Assembly: GCA_028278665.1 (NCBI GenBank)
Contig: JAQAJI010000002.1
Coordinates: 8,380 to 72,379 of the forward strand
Length of the DNA: 64,000 nt
DNA from: Candidatus Rariloculus versatilis
Lineage (GTDB): Bacteria > Pseudomonadota > Gammaproteobacteria > Steroidobacterales > Rariloculaceae
Direction: 5' to 3'
A program made the translations under genes and the position numbers. The notes under the pieces are model-generated. The model made no database searches. It worked only from the letters and a program-made list of their open reading frames with translations, and had not been told where the DNA came from. Positions 50,295 to 63,813 of the stretch are shown piece after piece (the first letter of the stretch is position 1; each line of letters begins with the position of its first letter).

Positions 50295-52199
50295 TCAGGC
50301 GGTCTGCCGGAACTGGAGTTTCTTGAGGTGGACCAGCAGCAACGAAATCGCGGCCGGTGTGACCCCCGGGATGCGCGCGGCCTGACCGACATTGGCCGGC
50401 CGGATCCGAGCAAGCTTCTCGCGCGCCTCGGTCGACAGGCCCTGCACCGCTGAATAGTCCATCGCGGCCGGCAGCGCAGTATCCGCCTGGCGGCGCTGTC
50501 GCTCGATCTCGTCCGTCTGACGCTCGATGTAGCCTGCATAGCGCGCGCCAATCTCGAGGCTGCTTGCGACCTGCTCGCGCACTTCGTCGGCGAGTTCGCC
50601 CACGGCAGCTGCGCGGCCGACCCGCTCTAACGCGACGACATCCTCGTAGCGCGCCTCGGGCCGGCGCAACAGCGCGGCGGCGCTCGTGTCCTTGCCGAGC
50701 GGACTGAACGGACTGCCGCCTGGAACGTCCCGCGGGCGAACGACGACGCCCCGCAGCCGCTCGCGTTCGGATTCGATCAGACGCTGCTTCGCGGCGAAGG
50801 CGGCCCAGCGCGCATCGCCCACGATGCCAAGCTCGCGCCCGACCGGAGTGAGCCTCGCATCGGCGTTGTCCTCGCGCAGCATGAGCCGGTACTCGGCGCG
50901 GCTCGTGAACATGCGATAGGGCTCCCTCGTACCGAGCGTGACGAGGTCGTCTATAAGCACACCGATGTAGGCCTCATCGCGTTTCGGATACCAGGGCTCG
51001 CGGCCGAGCACGTGGAGCCCGGCGTTGATGCCGGCGAGGAGGCCCTGGGCGGCGGCTTCCTCGTAGCCCGTGGTGCCGTTGATCTGGCCCGCGAAGTAAA
51101 GCCCGCGCACCGCCCTGGTCTGCAGCGTGAGCTCCAGATCGCGCGGATCGAAGAAATCGTATTCGATCGCGTAGCCGGGGCGCGTGATGCGGGCTTTCTC
51201 GAAGCCCGCGATCGTGCGGACGAATTGCTCCTGGACATCCTCGGGCAGCGACGTGGAGATACCGTTCGGATAGATTTCATCGCTGCTCAGCCCCTCGGGC
51301 TCGACGAAGATCTGATGTGCGCCGCGGTCGGCGAACCGCACGACCTTGTCCTCGATGGACGGGCAATACCTCGGCCCGATGCCGTCGATTGCGCCGCTGA
51401 ACATCGGCGAGCGCGTGAGGTTCGCGCGGATGATCTGGTGAGTGCGCTCGCTCGTATGCGTGATGTGGCAGGGCAATTGCCGGGGGTGCTCCTCGCGGCG
51501 CCCGAGAAACGAGAACACGGGCCGCGGCTCGTCGCCGGGTTGCGGGGTGAGCCTCGCGAAGTCGACGCTGTCGCTCGCAATACGCGGCGGCGTGCCGGTC
51601 TTGAGCCGGCCGACGGCGAGGCCAAGGTCGCGCAGCCGATGCGCCAGCGGAATAGCCGCGGCGTCGCCGGACCGGCCACCGGACCAGTTGACCTCGCCGA
51701 TGTGAATCCTGCCGGCGAGGAAGGTGCCGACCGTGAGCACGACGACGGGTGCCTTGATCGTGAGGCCCGAGCGCGTTCGTACGCCGTGCACGCGACCACC
51801 CCGGATGAGCAGGTCGACGACGCTTTCCTCAAGTGCGTTGAGACCGGGCTGTGCCTCGATCGTCGCCTGGATCGCCTGCCGGTACAGCACCCGGTCGGCC
51901 TGCGCCCGGGTCGCCCGCACCGCCGGACCCTTGCTCGCGTTCAGCGTGCGCAAGTGAATGCCGGCCTGGTCGGCCGCGCGCGCCATTGCCCCGCCGAGCG
52001 CGTCAACTTCGCGGGCCAGGTGCCCCTTGCCGATTCCGCCGATGGCCGGATTGCAGCTCATCTGCCCGACCGTCGCGAGATTGTCGGTCAGCAACACGGT
52101 GTCGACGCCGAGCCGCGCGGCGGCCAGCGCCGCCTCAGTACCCGCGTGCCCGCCGCCGACGACGATGCAGCCGACGTGGTTTGCTTGCTGATTGGACAT
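50295..52199 (-). CDS. mnmG: tRNA uridine-5-carboxymethylaminomethyl modification enzyme MnmG (GidA)
   Basis: [36 protein letters not shown] and [11 protein letters not shown] motifs. ATG 52199 lies inside track ORF 50295..52358. Confidence 0.96.
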   Translation of the reverse strand: MSNQQANHVGCIVVGGGHAGTEAALAAARLGVDTVLLTDNLATVGQMSCNPAIGGIGKGHLAREVDALGGAMARAADQAGIHLRTLNASKGPAVRATRAQADRVLYRQAIQATIEAQPGLNALEESVVDLLIRGGRVHGVRTRSGLTIKAPVVVLTVGTFLAGRIHIGEVNWSGGRSGDAAAIPLAHRLRDLGLAVGRLKTGTPPRIASDSVDFARLTPQPGDEPRPVFSFLGRREEHPRQLPCHITHTSERTHQIIRANLTRSPMFSGAIDGIGPRYCPSIEDKVVRFADRGAHQIFVEPEGLSSDEIYPNGISTSLPEDVQEQFVRTIAGFEKARITRPGYAIEYDFFDPRDLELTLQTRAVRGLYFAGQINGTTGYEEAAAQGLLAGINAGLHVLGREPWYPKRDEAYIGVLIDDLVTLGTREPYRMFTSRAEYRLMLREDNADARLTPVGRELGIVGDARWAAFAAKQRLIESERERLRGVVVRPRDVPGGSPFSPLGKDTSAAALLRRPEARYEDVVALERVGRAAAVGELADEVREQVASSLEIGARYAGYIERQTDEIERQRRQADTALPAAMDYSAVQGLSTEAREKLARIRPANVGQAARIPGVTPAAISLLLVHLKKLQFRQTA

Positions 52200-52255
52200 G
52201 GGCGGGAATTTTAGCAACCCGTGGCGGGACACCGGCAAGCCGTATACTTCATTCA

Positions 52256-52915
52256 ATGACGAAGGCAGCGACGACCGGTACCGCGATCGACGACGCAACA
52301 CTCGCCGCGCGCCTGCACGCCGCCGGCCTCGAAATTGCCCCCGCTCGGAGCGCGGCATTGTCGGCCTACATCGAGCTGCTCGGGCAGTGGAACCGCGTGT
52401 TCAACCTGACCGGCATCCGCTCGCGCGAAGCGCTGGTCGAGCGGCACCTCGTCGAGAGTCTCACGTTGGCGCCGCTGCTGCGCGGTTCCCGCGTCGCCGA
52501 CATCGGCACGGGTGCGGGTCTGCCCGGCATCCCGCTGGCGATCGCGGCGCCGGAGCGAGAGTTCACGCTGATCGAGAGCCGTGCCAAACGCGTGCGTTTT
52601 CTCAGGCATGTCGTCTCGATGCTCGAACTCGGCAACGCTCATATCGAGCACTGCAGGGTCGAGGATTTACCGGGCGTGCGCCCGTTTGATACGGTGCTCG
52701 CCCGAGCCGTGGCGCCGCCGGAGCAACTCATTCGCCTGGCGCGGCCGCTGCTGGCTCCGGGAGGCGTCCTGTTGGTACTGACCGCGGCACACCTGGCAGA
52801 AGAGCTGCGTTCGCTCGGACCGCGCCTGGGCCTTGAGCCGGTCGAGCGTGGCGCCGACGCAAGCATTCGCAGCGCGATTGCCGCATTGCAGCGGCCGGCG
52901 CACGGGGAAGCCTAG
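52256..52915 (+). CDS. rsmG: 16S rRNA (guanine527-N7)-methyltransferase RsmG (GidB)
   Basis: [24 protein letters not shown], a SAM motif [15 protein letters not shown] and [13 protein letters not shown] 52256 lies inside track ORF 51851..52915. Confidence 0.9.
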   Translation: MTKAATTGTAIDDATLAARLHAAGLEIAPARSAALSAYIELLGQWNRVFNLTGIRSREALVERHLVESLTLAPLLRGSRVADIGTGAGLPGIPLAIAAPEREFTLIESRAKRVRFLRHVVSMLELGNAHIEHCRVEDLPGVRPFDTVLARAVAPPEQLIRLARPLLAPGGVLLVLTAAHLAEELRSLGPRLGLEPVERGADASIRSAIAALQRPAHGEA

Positions 52916-53160
52916 CCCGCAAATCTCACCAAGCCGCGCCTTACCATGGAGCATTACGGATGAATTTCAGGAACTTGCGAGATAATCAGGGGCATCGCGC
53001 GGGTGACAGCTTGCGCTGGCCACGCCCTCGCTTGTCTTTTGCGCGACTGCGCGCACATGCTCCCTTCACCATAGACTCGCTATGGTTCCGGTCGCGAGCA
53101 CGCGCAGTCGCACAAAATCCTGCGCGATCATCGTGGCCCTTGGTGAGATTTGCGGGCTAG
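52912..53160. repeat. 249-bp element bounded by a perfect 22-bp inverted repeat, with nested internal palindromes
   Basis: Left arm CTAGCCCGCAAATCTCACCAAG (52912..52933). Right arm CTTGGTGAGATTTGCGGGCTAG (53139..53160). Inner inverted repeat GCGACTGCGCG (53043..53053) / CGCGCAGTCGC (53101..53111). Innermost hairpin ACCATAG-actcg-CTATGGT (53068..53086). Confidence 0.9.
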
Positions 53161-53957
53161 TGGCCAGAATAATCGCCGTTGCCAACCAGAAGGGCGGGGT
53201 CGGCAAGACGACGACCTGCATCAATCTCGCAGCTTCCCTGGCCGCGACGCGCCGCCGCCTGTTGCTCGTCGACATCGACCCGCAAGGCAACGCGACGGTC
53301 GGATCGGGCATCGACAAGAGCGCTCTCGAGCGAACCGTCTGCGATGTCCTCATCGAGGGCGTCCCCGTTGCCGAGGTCATGCAGGAGGCCGCCGTCGGCA
53401 GCTACGACGTGCTGCCCGCCAATCGCGACGTGACCGCGGCCGAGGTCCATTTGCTCGGCAAGCCGCGGCGCGAGTTCTACCTGCGCGACGCGCTCGACGA
53501 CGTTGTCGATAACTACGATTATGTGCTCATCGACTGTCCCCCGGCGATCAACATGCTCACGGTCAATGCGCTTACCGCCGCCGACCGCGTGCTGATCCCG
53601 GTGCAGTGCGAGTATCTTGCGATGGAAGGCCTCAGCGATCTGCTCGACACGATCCGCCAGATCCGCGAGACGGCCAACCCGAAGCTCGACATACATGGCA
53701 TATTGCGCACCATGTTCGACCTCAGGAACAACCTCGACCGGGAAGTCACGGCCCAACTGGTGGACTATTTCGGCGACCGTGTCTACCGTACGGTGATCCC
53801 GCGCAACGTTCGCCTGGCCGAGGCGCCGAGTTTCGGCCGGCCGGTGCTGTTTCACGACAAGCATTCGCGCGGCGCACTGGCCTATCTCGCGCTGGCCGGC
53901 GAAATCAATCGCCGCGAGGGCAGCGTCCTTTCCGCGCGCGGCGCGGGCGGCGGTTGA
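53160..53957 (+). CDS. parA: chromosome partitioning ATPase ParA (Soj)
   Basis: GTG start gives VARIIAVANQKGGVGKTTT, the deviant Walker A at the normal position. The track start 53082 would add 26 atypical residues. Confidence 0.9.
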   Translation: MARIIAVANQKGGVGKTTTCINLAASLAATRRRLLLVDIDPQGNATVGSGIDKSALERTVCDVLIEGVPVAEVMQEAAVGSYDVLPANRDVTAAEVHLLGKPRREFYLRDALDDVVDNYDYVLIDCPPAINMLTVNALTAADRVLIPVQCEYLAMEGLSDLLDTIRQIRETANPKLDIHGILRTMFDLRNNLDREVTAQLVDYFGDRVYRTVIPRNVRLAEAPSFGRPVLFHDKHSRGALAYLALAGEINRREGSVLSARGAGGG

Positions 53958-53977
53958 CGGGATCGGGGCAGGAACGG

Positions 53978-54856
53978 ATGGCGAAACGACAAAGTCTCGG
54001 CCGGGGTTTCGAAGCGCTGCTGAGCTCGAGCAGCCGGCCGATGCCCGCAGCCAGCCAGAGTGAACTCAGGGACCTGCCGGTCGATCTCATCGTGCGCGGC
54101 CGCTATCAGCCACGCGTCGACATGCGCGAGGAAACGCTCTCGGACCTTGCGGAATCGATCCGCGCCCAGGGCATCGTGCAACCGATCGTCGTGCGCCGGG
54201 CGAGCGATGGCGCCGCCGGGGACACGAGCTACGAGATCGTGGCCGGAGAGCGGCGCTGGCGGGCCGCCCAGATGGCGGGGCTCGACACGATCCCGGCGCT
54301 TGTCCGTGACATCCCCGACGAGGTGGCGGTCGCCGTCGCGCTGATCGAGAACATCCAGCGCGAGAACCTGAACCCGATCGAGGAGGCACGCGCGCTCAGG
54401 CAGCTCGTCGCGGACTTCGGCATGACCCACGAACGCGCCTCCGAAGCGGTCGGCCGCTCGCGAGCGGCAGTCTCCAACCTGCTGAGGCTGCTCGATCTGC
54501 CGGACGCGGTCATCGGGATGCTCGAGCGCCGCGAGCTCGACATGGGGCATGCCCGGGCGCTGGTATCGGTGACGCCCGCCGAGCGCCTCGTGGACACTGC
54601 CCGGCGTGCGGTGCGGGAGGGCTGGAGCGTGCGCCAGACGGAGCGCGCCGTGCAGCGGCTCACCGACGCAGGCGAGCGCGATCCCGGGGCGACCGGGCGG
54701 CAGCCCAAGGATCCGAACGTCGTCAGGCTCGAGAAAGAGATCGGCGAGACGCTCGGCGCACCGGTGGCGATCGAGCATGGCAAGAAGGGCGGGCGCGTCG
54801 TGATCCGCTACCACAGCGTCGACGAACTCCAAGGCATCCTGAGTCACATCAAGTAA
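53978..54856 (+). CDS. parB: chromosome partitioning protein ParB (Spo0J)
   Basis: MAKRQSLGRGFEALL, GERRWRAA (ParB box II) and an HTH region (SEAVGRSRAAVSNLLRLL). ATG 53978 lies inside track ORF 53606..54856. Confidence 0.92.
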   Translation: MAKRQSLGRGFEALLSSSSRPMPAASQSELRDLPVDLIVRGRYQPRVDMREETLSDLAESIRAQGIVQPIVVRRASDGAAGDTSYEIVAGERRWRAAQMAGLDTIPALVRDIPDEVAVAVALIENIQRENLNPIEEARALRQLVADFGMTHERASEAVGRSRAAVSNLLRLLDLPDAVIGMLERRELDMGHARALVSVTPAERLVDTARRAVREGWSVRQTERAVQRLTDAGERDPGATGRQPKDPNVVRLEKEIGETLGAPVAIEHGKKGGRVVIRYHSVDELQGILSHIK

Positions 54857-55151
54857 CCGCGGCATTCGCCTCAACGCCGAAACCCGGGGTCACGCCAAGT
54901 CGATGCACGTCTCGCGCGTCGCCGCTCAAACAGCCGTCTACGGCGAGGCGCTCGTCTCCCCCAATGCAGCGGCGCTTTCGCCACGAGTCAGGACCAGCGG
55001 CCAGCGATTCCAGCGAACCGGTGCGCGAACACTTCCGCTTTGCGTGGAGGCTCTCGCCGTTCATATTGCGTGCCGCAAGACGACCGCTTAAAATCCGCCG
55101 GCTGACAGGGTCACGATTCCGTCGTGGCCATTTTTTTGCGCCTTGTACCGG

Positions 55152-55568
55152 ATGTCGGGGCAGACCCGAGGGGCCGCCGTGCTGGCTGATGACAGGCGAT
55201 TCTTGCCGCTGACCCTGCTTGCCCAGGTGGGTGTCGGTTTGTGTCTGGCCGCAGTCGTCTGGCTCTGGCAGGGCGGGGTCGCGGGGGCGTCGGTCGTTGC
55301 CGGCAGCTTCGTTGCGGTCATCCCGAACACCTTCCTGGCCGCGCGCCTGCTCGGAGCGCGCAACGACGCGCGCGCGCTCTTGCGTTCGGCGTGGATCGGT
55401 GAGCTCGGCAAGCTGCTCCTGACCGTCGTGTTGTTCGGGGTCGTCTTCGCGTTCCTCAGGCCGCTGTCAGCGGCCGCGGTCTTCGCCGGGTTCATCGCCG
55501 CGCAGATGGCGGTCCTGGGATCCCTGCTCGTGGGCAACAAGGTTCGTATATCGCCGACCGAAAGCTGA
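55152..55568 (+). CDS. atpI: ATP synthase protein I
   Basis: Small protein with 4 hydrophobic segments immediately upstream of atpB. ATG 55152 (track TTG 55143). Confidence 0.7.
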   Translation: MSGQTRGAAVLADDRRFLPLTLLAQVGVGLCLAAVVWLWQGGVAGASVVAGSFVAVIPNTFLAARLLGARNDARALLRSAWIGELGKLLLTVVLFGVVFAFLRPLSAAAVFAGFIAAQMAVLGSLLVGNKVRISPTES

Positions 55569-56750
<1,182 letters not shown>

Positions 56751-56781
56751 TCAGCGACGAGTCGCTGACGGGAGGTCGCAG

Positions 56782-57252
56782 GTGAATTTCAATCTCACGT
56801 TCATCGGACAGACGATCGCGATGATCGTTTTCGTCTGGTTCTGCATGAAGTACATCTGGCCGTTCATCATGAACGCGATCGAGACGCGCCAGAACGAGAT
56901 CGCGGAAGGCCTCGCGGCGGCCGAGCGTGGCCGCAGCGACCTGGCAAAAGCCAAGGGTGAGAGCGAGAGCCTCATCGACGCGGCCCGCGAGCAGGCCAGA
57001 CAGATCGTCGACCAGGCCAACGCGCGTGCCGGCGAGATCGTCGAGCAGGCGCGGGCCGAAGGCGAGCAGGAAAAGGCCCGCCAGCTCGAGGGAGCGCGCG
57101 CCGAGATCGAAGTGGAAATCAACCGGGCGCGCGCCGAGCTGCGCGGCGAGGTCGTCGCGATCGCGGTCGCGGGCGCCGAGAAGCTGCTCGCACGCGAGAT
57201 CGATCCCGCGGCACACGACGAGCTGCTCGACCGGCTCGCCGCCGAGCTCTGA
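56782..57252 (+). CDS. atpF: F0F1 ATP synthase subunit b
   Basis: N-terminal TM followed by a long charged helix. GTG start. 156 aa. Confidence 0.92.
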   Translation: MNFNLTFIGQTIAMIVFVWFCMKYIWPFIMNAIETRQNEIAEGLAAAERGRSDLAKAKGESESLIDAAREQARQIVDQANARAGEIVEQARAEGEQEKARQLEGARAEIEVEINRARAELRGEVVAIAVAGAEKLLAREIDPAAHDELLDRLAAEL

Positions 57253-57280
57253 GCGGACGCAGCAGCAGGATACCTGAGCG

Positions 57281-57835
57281 ATGGCTGATTTCAGCACCGT
57301 GGCCCGCCCGTACGCGAAGGCGCTGTTCGAGGTAGCGAGCGCCGCGGGAACGCTCGAGCAATGGTCTGCGGCGTTGGGCCGCGCGGCCGAAATCGTCGCC
57401 GACGAGGAAGCCGGGCTGTTCCTCGCGCGGCCGGAGCTGCTCGCGGAACAGCGCGCCGAGTTCGTCAGGGATATCTGCGGCGGCATCGGCGACGCGGCGG
57501 TGCTCGGCACGGGCGAGGGCTGGAACTTCCTGAGGCTTCTCGCCGAATACGGCCGGCTGCAGGCACTGCCTGAAATGTCCGCCCGGTTCGACGAGCTCAG
57601 GAGCCAGGCGGAGAACACGATCAAGGTTACGCTCGCGTCGGCCAGCGAGGTCGACGCCGCGCTCAGCGAGAAGGTGCGCCAGGCCCTGCAGGACAGGCTC
57701 GGCCGGGACGTGGAACTTGAACACGAGATCGATCCGGCGCTGCTCGGCGGCGCGATCGTTCGAGCCGAGGACATGGTGATCGACGGTTCGCTGAAAAGCC
57801 GCTTGCAGCGGCTCGCCGAGTCGTTGGTCGATTGA
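57281..57835 (+). CDS. atpH: F0F1 ATP synthase subunit delta
   Basis: VARPYAKALFEVA is an OSCP-family opening. It sits between atpF and atpA. Confidence 0.92.
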   Translation: MADFSTVARPYAKALFEVASAAGTLEQWSAALGRAAEIVADEEAGLFLARPELLAEQRAEFVRDICGGIGDAAVLGTGEGWNFLRLLAEYGRLQALPEMSARFDELRSQAENTIKVTLASASEVDAALSEKVRQALQDRLGRDVELEHEIDPALLGGAIVRAEDMVIDGSLKSRLQRLAESLVD

Positions 57836-57848
57836 GAGGATTTGAGAC

Positions 57849-59393
57849 ATGGCGGCACTGAAGGCATCTGAAATCAGCGGCCTGATTCGCGAACGGATCA
57901 GGAACTTCGAGGCGACGGCCGAGGCCCGCGACGTCGGCACGATCGTGCTGCTGACCGACGGCATCGTTCGGATTCACGGGCTTGCCGACGTGCAGTACGG
58001 CGAGATGATCGAGTTCCCCGGCGGCAGCTACGGGCTTGCGCTCAACCTCGAGCAGGACTCCGTCGGCGCCGTCATTCTCGGCGACTACAAGCACATCTCC
58101 GAGGGCGACACGGTCAAGACCACGGGCCGGATTCTCGAGGTGCCGGTGGGCGAGGGGCTGCTCGGCCGCGTGGTCGATGCGCTCGGCAACCCGATCGACG
58201 GCAAGGGGCCGATCGAGGCGCAGGGGAGTTCGCCGATCGAGAAGGTTGCCCCCGGCGTCATCGACCGCCAGTCGGTAAGCCAGCCCGTGCAGACGGGGCT
58301 TAAGTCCATCGACGCAATGGTGCCGATCGGCCGCGGCCAGCGCGAACTCATCATCGGCGACCGCCAGACCGGCAAGAGCGCCGTGGCGGTCGACACGATC
58401 ATCAATCAGAAGGGCGGCGACATCAAATGCATCTACGTCGCCATCGGCCAGAAGAATTCGACGGTCGCCAACGTTGTTCAGCGCCTTGAGGAAGCGGGCG
58501 CGCTCGAGCACACGATCGTCGTGGCGGCCACCGCGTCGGAGTCCGCCGCCATGCAGTACATCGCGCCCTACGGCGGCTGCTCGATGGGCGAATACTTCCG
58601 CGACAAGGGCGAGGACGCGCTCATCATCTACGACGACCTGACCAAGCAGGCCTGGGGCTATCGGCAGGTGTCGCTGCTGCTGCGCCGCCCGCCGGGCCGC
58701 GAGGCGTATCCGGGCGACGTCTTCTATTTGCACTCGCGGCTGCTCGAACGCGCGGCGAGGGTCAATGCTGCGTACGTCGAGCGGGAGACGGATGGCGCGG
58801 TCAAGGGGCAAACGGGCTCGCTGACCGCCCTGCCGATCATCGAGACGCAGGCCGGCGACGTGTCGGCTTTCGTGCCGACCAACGTGATCTCGATCACCGA
58901 CGGGCAGATTTACCTCGAGACGGACCTTTTCAACGCCGGCATCCGGCCGGCCATCAACGCGGGGCTTTCGGTGTCGCGTGTCGGCGGCGCGGCGCAGACA
59001 CAGATCATCAAGAAACTCGGCGGCGGCGTGCGCCTCGCGCTCGCCCAGTACCGCGAACTCGCGGCGTTCGCCCAGTTCGCTTCGGACCTCGATCTCGCGA
59101 CCCGGCGCCAGCTCGAGCGCGGCCAGCGCGTGACCGAACTCATGAAGCAGAAGCAGTACTCGCCGCTGACGGTCGCGCAGATGGCGCTGTCGCTGTACGC
59201 AGTCAACGAGGGCCATCTCGACAACGTGCCGGTCGAGAAGGTGCTCGACTTCGAGAGCGGGTTGCATGCCTACGCAAGCACCAACAACCAGGATCTCCTC
59301 GACAGGATCGAAGCGACCGGCGACTACAACGATGAGATCCAGGCCGCCTTCGAAGCGCTCGTCGCAGAGTTCACGAAGACGGGCAGCTACTAG
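57849..59393 (+). CDS. atpA: F0F1 ATP synthase subunit alpha
   Basis: Walker A GDRQTGKS and a typical alpha-subunit sequence throughout. 514 aa. Confidence 0.98.
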   Translation: MAALKASEISGLIRERIRNFEATAEARDVGTIVLLTDGIVRIHGLADVQYGEMIEFPGGSYGLALNLEQDSVGAVILGDYKHISEGDTVKTTGRILEVPVGEGLLGRVVDALGNPIDGKGPIEAQGSSPIEKVAPGVIDRQSVSQPVQTGLKSIDAMVPIGRGQRELIIGDRQTGKSAVAVDTIINQKGGDIKCIYVAIGQKNSTVANVVQRLEEAGALEHTIVVAATASESAAMQYIAPYGGCSMGEYFRDKGEDALIIYDDLTKQAWGYRQVSLLLRRPPGREAYPGDVFYLHSRLLERAARVNAAYVERETDGAVKGQTGSLTALPIIETQAGDVSAFVPTNVISITDGQIYLETDLFNAGIRPAINAGLSVSRVGGAAQTQIIKKLGGGVRLALAQYRELAAFAQFASDLDLATRRQLERGQRVTELMKQKQYSPLTVAQMALSLYAVNEGHLDNVPVEKVLDFESGLHAYASTNNQDLLDRIEATGDYNDEIQAAFEALVAEFTKTGSY

Positions 59394-59432
59394 GCACCGG
59401 CGGCCACGGGAACGGGATCCAGGGGCTGAACG

Positions 59433-61692
<2,260 letters not shown>

Positions 61693-61852
61693 CCGGAAGG
61701 CGGGCGCGGGGCGCCGGCCGGACCGCCGTGCTTGCAAGGATATGGGGCAAGTAGTTATGGAACAGCAGACGTCGTCAACAAGGTGCTTCGGATTGGCTGC
61801 GACGAGCAGGGCCCGACGGCGGTGACACGCCAAGCGGAGGAATAGACAGCAA

Positions 61853-62269
61853 GTGCCCATTCACGTCGACATTGTCAGCGCCGAAGGCGACATCTTCTCG
61901 GGCGAAGCCGAGTGGGTGTTCGCGCCCGGCAGGCTCGGCGAGCTCGGCATCGCGCCCCGCCACGCGCCGTTGCTGACCGAACTGAAGCCCGGCGAGGTGC
62001 GCGTCGAGACCAGCGACGGCGAAGAGCAGTTCTTCTATGTCACCGGCGGCGTGCTCGAGGTGCAGCCGCATCTGGTGACCGTGCTCGCCGACAGCGCCGT
62101 GCGCGGCGACGAGCTCGACGAAGAGGCGGCGCTCGCGGCGCGCGAGAAAGCGCGCGAGGTGCTTGCCGGACGATCCGACGAGATCGATCTCGATCAGGCG
62201 CAGGCGGAACTCGTCGAGGCCGAGGCGCGCTACCGCGCGGCCCAGAAGCTCAAGGGCAAGCGGCGTTGA
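61853..62269 (+). CDS. atpC: F0F1 ATP synthase subunit epsilon
   Basis: HVDIVSAEGDIFSGEAEWVF...GELGIAPRHAPLLT. GTG start with a GGAGGAA RBS. Confidence 0.93.
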   Translation: MPIHVDIVSAEGDIFSGEAEWVFAPGRLGELGIAPRHAPLLTELKPGEVRVETSDGEEQFFYVTGGVLEVQPHLVTVLADSAVRGDELDEEAALAAREKAREVLAGRSDEIDLDQAQAELVEAEARYRAAQKLKGKRR

Positions 62270-62347
62270 CCGGGAAGCACCAGGCAGCCGCACGCTAAAC
62301 TGACAACCGCTGGTCGCGGCCTCGCCGGGATTGACCGGCGAAGTCTT

Positions 62348-62364
62348 CCACGCAAACTGCGTGG
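62348..62364 (+). terminator. weak hairpin between atpC and glmU
   Basis: CCACGCA-aac-TGCGTGG followed by CTTG. The U tract is poor. Confidence 0.3.
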
Positions 62365-62400
62365 CTTGCCCGGCTGCGCGATCGCCGTTTCACCGGAGGG

Positions 62401-63777
62401 ATGCTGAACGTGCCGCTCACTGTCGTCATTCTGGCCGCAGGAAAAGGCAAGCGGATGCGCTCGAACCTGCCGAAGGTGCTGCAGCCCCTGGCAGGCCGAC
62501 CGCTGCTCGCGCATGTGCTGGAGCGTGCGCGCGAGCTTGAGCCGTCGGCCATCGCAGTCGTTCACGGCCATGGCGCCGAGGCGGTGCGCGAGGCGTTCCC
62601 CGACGAGGTCCTCGGCTGGTGCCTGCAGGCCGAGCAGCTCGGCACGGGTCACGCGGTCGCCCAGGCGCTGCCGGATATTCCCGACGACCACGACGTTCTC
62701 ATCCTGTTCGGCGACGTGCCGCTGATTCGCAGCGAGACGCTGCGCAATCTCTGCGCGAAGCTGAAATCGGCAGACCTCGTGCTGCTGACCGTCACGCTCA
62801 AGGATCCGTCGGGTTACGGCCGCATCGTGCGGACCGCGGACGGCGGCGTGGCCGGCATCGTCGAGCACGCCGATGTGACTCACGAGGAGCGCCTGATCCG
62901 TGAAATCAACGCCGGTGTCATGGTAGCGGCCGCCCGGGATCTGCGCCGCTGGATCGCCGGTTTGAGCAACGACAACGCTCAGGGCGAGTACTATCTGCCG
63001 GGTGTCGTCGCGCTGGCGGTCGCCGAAGGCGCCCGTGTCGCGGCGGTCGAGGTGGACGATACGGACGAGGTACTCGGTATCAACGACAAGTCGCAGCTCG
63101 CCGAAGTCGAGCGCGTTCATCAGCGTGCCCGTGCTCGCGAACTCATGGAGGCCGGGGCCACGCTCGCCGATCCCGCGCGCGTCGACGTGCGCGGCGAGGT
63201 CACGGTCGAGGGTGAGGTGTTCATCGATGTCGGCGCCGTGTTCGAGGGTGACGTAACGCTCGCGGCCGGCGTTCGTATCGGCCCGAACTGCACGATTCGC
63301 GACAGCCGCCTCGGCCCGGACACGGTCGTGCACCCGAACACGGTCATGGACGGCGTGACGGCCGGTCGCGCCTGCGAACTCGGCCCGTTCGCAAGACTCA
63401 GGCCCCGCACCGAGCTTGCCGAGCGCGTCAAGGTCGGCAATTTCGTCGAGATCAAGAACAGCCAGGTCGGCAGCGGCTCGAAGATCAGCCACCTGAGCTA
63501 CGTCGGCGATGCCACCGTCGGACGCGACGTCAACATTGGCGCCGGCACGATTACCGCCAACTACGACGGCGCGGCGAAGCACCGAACGACCATCGGCGAC
63601 GGCGCGGCCATCGGCTCGGGCGTCATGCTCATCGCGCCGGTCGAGGTCGGTGCGGGCGCCACGATCGGTGCGGGCTCAACGATCAGCAAGGACGCGCCCG
63701 CCGACCGCCTCACCGTGGCGCGCTCCAGGCAGGTCGAGGTCCCCGGCTGGCAGCGGCCCGAGAAGAATTCGCGGTAA
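62401..63777 (+). CDS. glmU: bifunctional UDP-N-acetylglucosamine pyrophosphorylase / glucosamine-1-phosphate N-acetyltransferase
   Basis: VVILAAGKGKRMRS N-terminal motif and a C-terminal hexapeptide-repeat domain. 458 aa. Confidence 0.96.
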   Translation: MLNVPLTVVILAAGKGKRMRSNLPKVLQPLAGRPLLAHVLERARELEPSAIAVVHGHGAEAVREAFPDEVLGWCLQAEQLGTGHAVAQALPDIPDDHDVLILFGDVPLIRSETLRNLCAKLKSADLVLLTVTLKDPSGYGRIVRTADGGVAGIVEHADVTHEERLIREINAGVMVAAARDLRRWIAGLSNDNAQGEYYLPGVVALAVAEGARVAAVEVDDTDEVLGINDKSQLAEVERVHQRARARELMEAGATLADPARVDVRGEVTVEGEVFIDVGAVFEGDVTLAAGVRIGPNCTIRDSRLGPDTVVHPNTVMDGVTAGRACELGPFARLRPRTELAERVKVGNFVEIKNSQVGSGSKISHLSYVGDATVGRDVNIGAGTITANYDGAAKHRTTIGDGAAIGSGVMLIAPVEVGAGATIGAGSTISKDAPADRLTVARSRQVEVPGWQRPEKNSR

Positions 63778-63813
63778 GCTCGGCGCAGGGAGAACAAGCG
63801 AGTGCTGCGGAAC

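Noticed and set aside
53082-53159. Upstream ATG 53082 as the parA start (track ORF 53082..53957).
   Set aside because: It would add 26 residues (MVPVASTRSRTKSCAIIVALGEICGL) ahead of the deviant Walker A, which normally sits at residues 8-15. That stretch is encoded by the palindromic spacer element. GTG 53160 gives a canonical ParA N-terminus.
54857-55151. 295-bp parB-atpI spacer inspected for parS, DnaA boxes or an ncRNA.
   Set aside because: I found no CACGTG-centred parS, no TTATCCACA-like box and no notable repeat or palindrome. It most likely holds only the atp operon promoter, which I could not pinpoint.
61693-61852. Unusually long (160-bp) atpD-atpC spacer containing a 27-codon ORF (ATG 61742, MGQVVMEQQTSSTRCFGLAATSRARRR) and small GC hairpins.
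   Set aside because: The mini-ORF has no RBS and Arg-rich junk-like composition. I see no repeat or recognisable RNA motif. It is probably just an expanded intercistronic region. It is only worth a look if transcriptomics shows a processing site.
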